63,961 bases of DNA from Candidatus Woesearchaeota archaeon. Its GTDB lineage: Archaea > Nanobdellota > Nanobdellia > SCGC-AAA011-G17 > GW2011-AR18. Each line of letters opens with the position of its first letter. Position 1 is the stretch's first letter. The position numbers were made by a program, and so were the translations under genes. Below are positions 57,926 through 63,961 of this stretch, in pieces. The notes under the pieces are model-generated. The model was not told the DNA's origin. It was given only the letters and a program-made list of their open reading frames with translations, and searched no databases. The stretch is taken from the NCBI GenBank assembly GCA_018302765.1, contig JAGVZG010000006.1, positions 1-63,961 on the forward strand, in the 5' to 3' direction.

Positions 57926-58500
57926 AATTACAATTTATTTATTCGCCAATATATGACAATCTTCTTACAGACATGTCTAGAAAAGAATTCTCAACAGAAC
58001 AGATGAAAGAAATGGAATTCTATAAGGAAGAACTGGAAGCTACATGGAAAAGAAAAGAAAAGAAAATAATAAATGTGATAGAAAAAACTGCAAAATTAAA
58101 ATTCAAAGGCAATAAGACTTGTTTCTTGGTAAATAATATGAAATATAAAGCAATATCAAATCCATTAACACTGAAAAAAGAACCTCATCTAGAAAGAGCA
58201 AAAACAATAATTATTCATGAATTGGTGCATATTTTATTAGAAGATAACAAAGAAAAAATAAAGCAGTTAATAGAAAAAATATACCCTGAAGAGAGTATGG
58301 AATTTAAGATACACATACCTGTTTTATTAATAACAAGAAAAGTTGTAGAAACAATATTTGGCAAAGAATTATATGAAGAAATAATAAAAGATGAAATGAA
58401 AAGAGATGTATTAAACTCAGCATGGCCAGAAGTTAATTCAATATATGATAGATTTAAAAAAGATATTATAAAATTCCTAAAAAATGAAAAGCTTAGTTGA
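57922..58500 (+). CDS. Hypothetical HExxH protein (zincin-like)
   Basis: IIHELVHILL; overlaps rfcS and rfcL. Confidence 0.65.
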   Translation: MKLQFIYSPIYDNLLTDMSRKEFSTEQMKEMEFYKEELEATWKRKEKKIINVIEKTAKLKFKGNKTCFLVNNMKYKAISNPLTLKKEPHLERAKTIIIHELVHILLEDNKEKIKQLIEKIYPEESMEFKIHIPVLLITRKVVETIFGKELYEEIIKDEMKRDVLNSAWPEVNSIYDRFKKDIIKFLKNEKLS

Positions 58501-59635
58501 AAAATATAAACCAAAAATAAGTATTGAAATACCTCAACAATTAGAACAACTGAAAACATTTATTAAAAACAAGGAAAAAGTGCTAATTTTTGGTCCTACA
58601 GGCAGTTGCAAAACAAGTTCAATTTATACAATAGCAAAAGACTTAGACTATGAAATAATAGAAGTCAATGCTTCTGATTTTAGAACAAAAGAACAAATAG
58701 AAAATATAATAGGCCAGGCATCAAAACAACAAAGCCTTTTTCAAAAAGAAAAAATTCTATTGATAGATGAAGTAGAATGTCTATCTGGAACAGAAGATCG
58801 TGGTGGATCACAAGCAATAATCAATATATTGAAATCATCAAAAACACCAATAATTCTAACAGCAAATAAGTATAATGACAAATTAAAAGACATAAAAAAA
58901 TTAGTTAAAATAATAGAATTCAAGCCAATACCAAGCAGGGAAATAAATAGTATACTAAAAAATATATGTGAAAAAGAAAATATAATATACTCCGAAGAAG
59001 CAATAAGAAGTATTGTTATTGATTGTAAGGGGGACTTAAGAGCAGCATTAAATGACCTACAAAGCAATACAATAAATCAAGAATTACAAATTGTAAAAGA
59101 AGAAAGAGAATATGAAATAGGTATAATTCATATATTAAATAAAATATTTAAAACAAAAAGCCCAGATTCTCATAAAATCCTAGAGAATGCAGAAATAGAC
59201 TTAGAAGAATACATTTTGTGGCTTGATGAAAACCTTCCAATAGAATATAAAAATGAAAATGATCTACTAAGAGCATACGAATTGATGTCAAAAGCAGACA
59301 TTTTGAAAGGAAGAATCCGTAGGTGGCAGTATTGGCGTCTGATGTATTATCAAACAATTCTACTATCAGCAGGAATTTCAAATGCAAAAACAAACACCAA
59401 CAACAGTTTTACCAGCTACAAAAGATCTATGCGCCCGCTAAGAATTTGGCAATTAAATATGAAAAATGCAAAGAAAAAAACAATTGCTAAAAAAATAGCA
59501 CAACAAACACACATATCAATAAAAGAAGTAATAAAAAATTTTAACTATTACAAAAACATACTGAAAAATAAAACTATTCAAGAAGAGTTAAAATTAGAAG
59601 AAGAAGAATTAGATTACATTAATAGTAATTACTAA
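58484..59635 (+). CDS. rfcL: Replication factor C large subunit
   Basis: EKYKP, GPTGSCKT, EVNASDFR, IDEVE, GDLRAALNDL, WLDEN, GRIRRWQYWRL. Confidence 0.95.
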   Translation: MKSLVEKYKPKISIEIPQQLEQLKTFIKNKEKVLIFGPTGSCKTSSIYTIAKDLDYEIIEVNASDFRTKEQIENIIGQASKQQSLFQKEKILLIDEVECLSGTEDRGGSQAIINILKSSKTPIILTANKYNDKLKDIKKLVKIIEFKPIPSREINSILKNICEKENIIYSEEAIRSIVIDCKGDLRAALNDLQSNTINQELQIVKEEREYEIGIIHILNKIFKTKSPDSHKILENAEIDLEEYILWLDENLPIEYKNENDLLRAYELMSKADILKGRIRRWQYWRLMYYQTILLSAGISNAKTNTNNSFTSYKRSMRPLRIWQLNMKNAKKKTIAKKIAQQTHISIKEVIKNFNYYKNILKNKTIQEELKLEEEELDYINSNY

Positions 59636-59650
59636 TTTTAAAATATAATA

Positions 59651-60502
59651 CTATTTCTCAGGCTTATTTATTTCCTTAATATTTATTTCAAAAGTCAATG
59701 TTTTACCAGCCAATGGATGGTTACTATCAAGAGTAATAGAAGTTTCATTGAAATTTATAACCCTTGCAATTCGTGTCCCTTGCTGTAAGGGAGTAATCAT
59801 AATATCACCTATTTTAGGATTTTGTTTGATAAGAATAAACTCATCTTCAACACCTATAACCACAGATTCCCATTGTATACCAAAAAGATTCGAAAGATCT
59901 AATTTTTGTCCTACATTCATAACATTTTCTATTTTTACAATAGTCTCATTAAAATCTAAAATTTTCATATCCCAAGGTATATAATTAACATTTAAAACAG
60001 ATCCTACGCTAGGCTTATCTTGCGACAATTGATTGTAGCGATCAATAGAGATATAGGAATATTTTGTGAAATTCAACATTCTGGATATACCACCAATGAA
60101 TTCTTCCCTGAATTGGCCATAAGCTTTATCAGGTGCAACTGTAAATCTCTTTTTGTCTTCCTTTCCCAAACCAATAACTTGTTCCTCAAAACCAATTACT
60201 ATTTGCCCTTGGCCTATTGTAAAAATAAGTGGTTCATAAGTTTGCCTTTTAATGCCTGCCTGAACACCAATCTCCTGAATACTAGTATCAAAAACTGTGC
60301 CATTATCAAGATATCCAGTATAGTCTAAAGTTACTGTATCTCCAACTGCTATTTTTGGTTTAGATATTTGAACAAATAAAATAACAAGCAGTAAAAGGAT
60401 TATTGCCGCACCAAATAATATAAAAGGCAACTTCTTGCTCTTATTAATAGTAGAAACTTCTATTTTAATACCTTTTTTTTGCCTTATTTTTTTATTAACC
60501 AC
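59651..60502 (-). CDS. Membrane-anchored long-type FKBP peptidyl-prolyl isomerase
   Basis: N-terminal TM segment, GDTVTLDYTG...VFDTS, PDKAYG, LDSNHPLAGKTLTFEI. Confidence 0.93.
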   Translation of the reverse strand: MVNKKIRQKKGIKIEVSTINKSKKLPFILFGAAIILLLLVILFVQISKPKIAVGDTVTLDYTGYLDNGTVFDTSIQEIGVQAGIKRQTYEPLIFTIGQGQIVIGFEEQVIGLGKEDKKRFTVAPDKAYGQFREEFIGGISRMLNFTKYSYISIDRYNQLSQDKPSVGSVLNVNYIPWDMKILDFNETIVKIENVMNVGQKLDLSNLFGIQWESVVIGVEDEFILIKQNPKIGDIMITPLQQGTRIARVINFNETSITLDSNHPLAGKTLTFEINIKEINKPEK

Positions 60503-60603
60503 AAAGAAAATGATAAAATACTTATATTTAAAACTTATGACTAAGATTCATAAAAACAACAAATATTTTAAAGATCTAATATTATAATTTATCAATAAAG
60601 GGG

Positions 60604-61929
60604 TTGAAAATGTATGAAATAGTTGTTGGAAGATCTGATGATGATAGAAAATCTCTTGGTATACAAGGAGCAGTATTCCTAGGAAAGCATTATGTTCGGA
60701 TGGGAAATACCACCTCTTTATCAAATAAAATATATTTAGATGTAGCAAAAACACACGTTGTTCTTGTTTCGGGGAAGAGAGGTAGCGGTAAGTCCTACTC
60801 GCTTGGTGTGGTAGCAGAAGAAATGGCGCACTTACCAAAAGAAGTAAAAAATAAAATCGCAGTATTAATGATAGACACAATGGGAATATTCTGGACTATG
60901 CGTTTTCCAAATCTTAAAGATGAAGATCTACTGGATGAATGGGGACTGCCAAAAAAACCTCTTGACATAAATATTTACGTTCCTGCAGGGCAATTTAACG
61001 AATACAAAAATAAAGGTATACCTGCAGATTTCTCCTTCACAATAAATCCTGCTGAACTAAGTGCATTGGATTGGTGCAACTCTTTTGAAATTTCAATTAC
61101 AGAAAAAATAGGGGTAGCAATAGAATCAACAATATCAATAATAAAAGAAGAAAAACAAACCTATTCTATAGATAATATAATAAAAGCAATTGAAAATAAC
61201 AAAAATATAGATACAAACATAAAATTAGCAACAATAAATAGATTTATAGCAGCAAAATCTTGGGGAATTTTCAGTGAAACTAGCACACCATTAAGAGAAA
61301 TAGTTAGTGGTGGAAAAGTTTCTGTCCTAGATATTAGCGCATATAAAGATTGGAATGTTAAAAATCTAGTAACTGGAATTATATGTAAAAAATTAATGGA
61401 AGAAAGAGTTATAGCAAGAAAAAAAGAAGAGATGGAAGATGTAAGAAGAGGGCACTCATATTTTCAAACAACTATAGAAACAACAGGCGAGGAACTTCCT
61501 TTAGTCTGGATTTTAATTGATGAAGCGCACAGTTTTTTGCCTAAAGACAAAACAACAGCAGCAACTGATGCATTAGTAACAATACTAAGGGAAGGACGTC
61601 AGCCAGGTATTAGTTTAATACTAGCTACTCAGCAACCAGGAGAAATACATTCAGATGTAATAACTCAAACAGATGTAGTATTAAGCCATAGGATTACAGC
61701 AAAAAGAGACATTGAGGCCTTAAATAGTATGATGCAAAGTTACCTTCCTAGCGCAATACAAAAATATTTCAATATACTACCAAAAATGAGGGGCTCAGCT
61801 ATAATACTAGATGATAATTCAGAGAGAATATTTCCTCTACAGGTTCGTCCAAGATTTACATGGCATGGTGGTGAGGCACCAACAGCACTAAAACAAAAAG
61901 GAAAAGCTGCTGCAGAACTAGGGCTATAA
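60604..61929 (+). CDS. HerA/FtsK-superfamily ATPase (DUF87-like)
   Basis: SGKRGSGKSY, LIDEAH, REGRQPGISLILATQQP. Confidence 0.9.
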   Translation: MKMYEIVVGRSDDDRKSLGIQGAVFLGKHYVRMGNTTSLSNKIYLDVAKTHVVLVSGKRGSGKSYSLGVVAEEMAHLPKEVKNKIAVLMIDTMGIFWTMRFPNLKDEDLLDEWGLPKKPLDINIYVPAGQFNEYKNKGIPADFSFTINPAELSALDWCNSFEISITEKIGVAIESTISIIKEEKQTYSIDNIIKAIENNKNIDTNIKLATINRFIAAKSWGIFSETSTPLREIVSGGKVSVLDISAYKDWNVKNLVTGIICKKLMEERVIARKKEEMEDVRRGHSYFQTTIETTGEELPLVWILIDEAHSFLPKDKTTAATDALVTILREGRQPGISLILATQQPGEIHSDVITQTDVVLSHRITAKRDIEALNSMMQSYLPSAIQKYFNILPKMRGSAIILDDNSERIFPLQVRPRFTWHGGEAPTALKQKGKAAAELGL

Positions 61930-61930
61930 A

Positions 61931-62635
61931 CTAAGCTGCTAAAGATTGTCTTTTGATACTTCTATTTGGCAATAATCTAATTTTTCGTCTTAGATCTTCC
62001 ATTTCTTGTCTTATGGCTTCTAATTCTTGATTTCTAGATTTTTCATAATTCTGTAAAATATTTTCTATATCCTTAACAAGTCTGTTTTGCTTTGCTACCA
62101 AAACCTCTTTTGGGTTTCCATCTAACATTTTGCTTAGTAAATTATAACAATCAAACAATCCATCAATAATTTCACTAAGTATATTTAATCTTTCTTCTTC
62201 ATCAATACCAGAAACAAGCAAAGCAAGATTATCATCAAATAATTGTAATAAACTATCCCATCTAATTAAAGCAGTAACAAGAATTGCTTTATTTTCATCT
62301 TTTTCCATCTTGTATCTTTGTTCTTTCAGAGCAGTAAGCGTACTAATCAAGCCATTTAATTTCTTATTTAAACGTGGACTATATTTTTCAAATATGCCAA
62401 AAATTTCACAGACAACTTCGTACTCTTGCTTAATAGAATGTCTTCTCCAGTCTCCATGAATATTTTTTTCTAAGATTAAATATAAAACCTTCATTCTAGA
62501 TTTAAGCTCTGCTAAAAAGCCTTTGTCCTCTATTTTATTATAAACGAGGCTATAGAAAACTTGCTGATGCAACTGTTCCAAAAATCCGTTCCAATCCAAT
62601 ATAAGATTTTTTTCTGTTTTCTTTATTTCCGGCAT
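61931..62635 (-). CDS. Hypothetical helical protein
   Basis: 234-aa ORF coupled to the upstream gene. Confidence 0.65.
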   Translation of the reverse strand: MPEIKKTEKNLILDWNGFLEQLHQQVFYSLVYNKIEDKGFLAELKSRMKVLYLILEKNIHGDWRRHSIKQEYEVVCEIFGIFEKYSPRLNKKLNGLISTLTALKEQRYKMEKDENKAILVTALIRWDSLLQLFDDNLALLVSGIDEEERLNILSEIIDGLFDCYNLLSKMLDGNPKEVLVAKQNRLVKDIENILQNYEKSRNQELEAIRQEMEDLRRKIRLLPNRSIKRQSLAA

Positions 62636-63264
62636 TACTCACCACCAATCAAGTCTGCAGCACAAGCACCAATTATTGCAGGTAAACTTAACACTGCAAT
62701 CTGTCTGTAAACTAACTCAGTTGAAAAATGCCCTGACCCGAATATAAATAAAACAATAAGTATGGCCAATATTGTAACTGCATAAATAAGAAGCAATCTA
62801 AAAGGCAACAAAATAAACAATCTTACATCTTTTACTTTCCTAAACCCAGTATAATAAATCATAATTAAACCAACTAAAAAAGAAATTAATAAGAAAAAAT
62901 TTGCTTTTATTAAAGAGACATTTTCCGCAAAGTGAATACCTTCTAAAATAGTAAAATGACTAACAATACCTACAAAAGCACCTATCATGGATTTCCCAAC
63001 GTCTTTATAAGTTATTTTTCTTAATGGATGTTCTCCAACTTTCTCTTTTATTTTTATCTCAAGATTTCTTAATTCTTCTAGTTTGTCAAGTTGTTTTTTC
63101 TCCAGAGATTCAACTTCATGCTCTTCCTCATCAATTTCTCTAACTTCAGCAAGTTGTTTTTTCTCCAGAGCTTCTATTTTCTTCTGCTCTATAAATTGCT
63201 TTCTTTGCATCTCAAGAATAATATCTAATTTATTCTTATTCATACTGCTCTTTTTCTTCATCAA
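62635..63264 (-). CDS. Membrane protein with N-terminal coiled coil (DUF2391-like)
   Basis: Coiled coil with a LEKKQL repeat, then four TM segments ending IIGACAADL. Confidence 0.65.
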   Translation of the reverse strand: MMKKKSSMNKNKLDIILEMQRKQFIEQKKIEALEKKQLAEVREIDEEEHEVESLEKKQLDKLEELRNLEIKIKEKVGEHPLRKITYKDVGKSMIGAFVGIVSHFTILEGIHFAENVSLIKANFFLLISFLVGLIMIYYTGFRKVKDVRLFILLPFRLLLIYAVTILAILIVLFIFGSGHFSTELVYRQIAVLSLPAIIGACAADLIGGE

Positions 63265-63302
63265 TAATTAAATTTAGAACCAATTATATAAATTTATTGA
63301 AA

Positions 63303-63367
63303 CGCGCTCAGAAGCTACTACCATCAATCATCCTTTCGTCTTCGGGTGTTCACCTCATCATTACGCG
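63303..63367 (-). ncRNA. Box C/D guide sRNA candidate
   Basis: CGCG terminal stem, C box ATGATGA, D' CCGA, C'-like ATGATTGA, D box CTGA; guides GGTGAACAC and TGGTAGTAGCTT. Confidence 0.7.
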
Positions 63368-63396
63368 ATGTTAAAATGAAATAAAAACTTAAATAC

Positions 63397-63801
63397 TTAT
63401 GGTCTAATAATTTTTCCTGGATCAGTAGACTGTGTGACTACTCTATAAAGAGGTTGTGGCTGCCCTGCAGCATTTGTTGCTTTTATATTTCCTACGATTA
63501 AAAAATTCTGAGGATCGCCATAATCAACATGTGGGTTAGGCATAGTAACTAAATCTTTATGTGTACCAGATGCACTTGAACTGGTATAAACTCTTGCAAA
63601 ATTACCAGAGCCATCAGTCTCTACATTAAGAGGAACAACAACATAAATAATCCTCTGAGTAGGACTAACAATTACTTGTTCACCATCATAATGCATAACT
63701 GGACGATTTCTCAGACTGCCAGGACTTCTGTTATACCAATAACAACCAGCGCCAGCTAAGACTAGTGCTGCTAATCCTCCAATTAATAATCCCCTGCCCA
63801 T
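63397..63801 (-). CDS. Hypothetical membrane-anchored or secreted protein
   Basis: N-terminal hydrophobic helix; 134 aa. Confidence 0.6.
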   Translation of the reverse strand: MGRGLLIGGLAALVLAGAGCYWYNRSPGSLRNRPVMHYDGEQVIVSPTQRIIYVVVPLNVETDGSGNFARVYTSSSASGTHKDLVTMPNPHVDYGDPQNFLIVGNIKATNAAGQPQPLYRVVTQSTDPGKIIRP

Positions 63802-63863
63802 TTAAACCCTTAAATTATCACTACTAATAAATAGTTATAATATATAAATATTTCTAAAGCTAA

Positions 63864-63961
63864 GGCTCTGTCCTGAGTCTCTAGAACAATACCTAACAAG
63901 TTATGGCAGATTAGTCTGCCATATATTTCAGCCTTTATTGTTTTAGCACTTTTAGAGCTTA
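63864..63961 (-). mobile_element. Probable end of an IS5/IS4-superfamily element (partial transposase C-terminus)
   Basis: Minus-strand frame SSKSAKTIKAEIYGRLICHNL resembles the final helix of DDE transposases; GGCTCTGTCC terminus preceded by CTAA. Truncated by the window edge. Confidence 0.4.

Noticed and set aside
58590-58620. RfcL Walker A variant GPTGSCKT
   Set aside because: A single substitution with the Lys-Thr retained; not distinctive enough.
542-63271. Numerous short antisense ORFs in the six-frame track
   Set aside because: Shadows of well-supported genes on the opposite strand with no independent motifs.
63903-63922. Perfect hairpin ATGGCAGA-TTAG-TCTGCCAT
   Set aside because: Lies within the putative transposase frame; no evidence that it is a terminator or separate element.

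Overview
AT-rich fragment of a DPANN archaeon, most likely Woesearchaeota/Pacearchaeota-like. This is inferred from the fused PriS-PriL primase, the archaeal S10-spc ribosomal superoperon, TBP, MCM, Topo VI, RFC and a reduced gene set. Both ends run into probable IS elements, so the window may be a whole contig. The core is housekeeping: a 13.8-kb ribosomal protein/secY operon, aIF-1A, aIF-2beta, Rio1, Dim2, MetRS and IleRS. Features missed by the ORF track: (1) a DPANN-type diversity-generating retroelement (DGR) target gene whose adenine-depleted variable region (VR) is cut off by a frameshift, with no template repeat (TR) or reverse transcriptase (RT) in the window; (2) four intron-containing tRNAs, three of them multi-intron (Gln 2, Asn 2, Ile 3) with bulge-helix-bulge (BHB) motifs at non-canonical positions; (3) a box C/D sRNA candidate; (4) a twice-frameshifted parvulin; (5) an intact IS481 with a 14-bp target duplication. 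Unusual proteins: a bacterial-type MetRS fused to a B3/4 editing-like domain with HIGH changed to SVGT, an IleRS with a GVHH motif, an intact GAF-GGEEF diguanylate cyclase in an archaeon, and a secreted protein with beta-barrel-like patterning. All calls come from manual motif recognition; no database searches were run.
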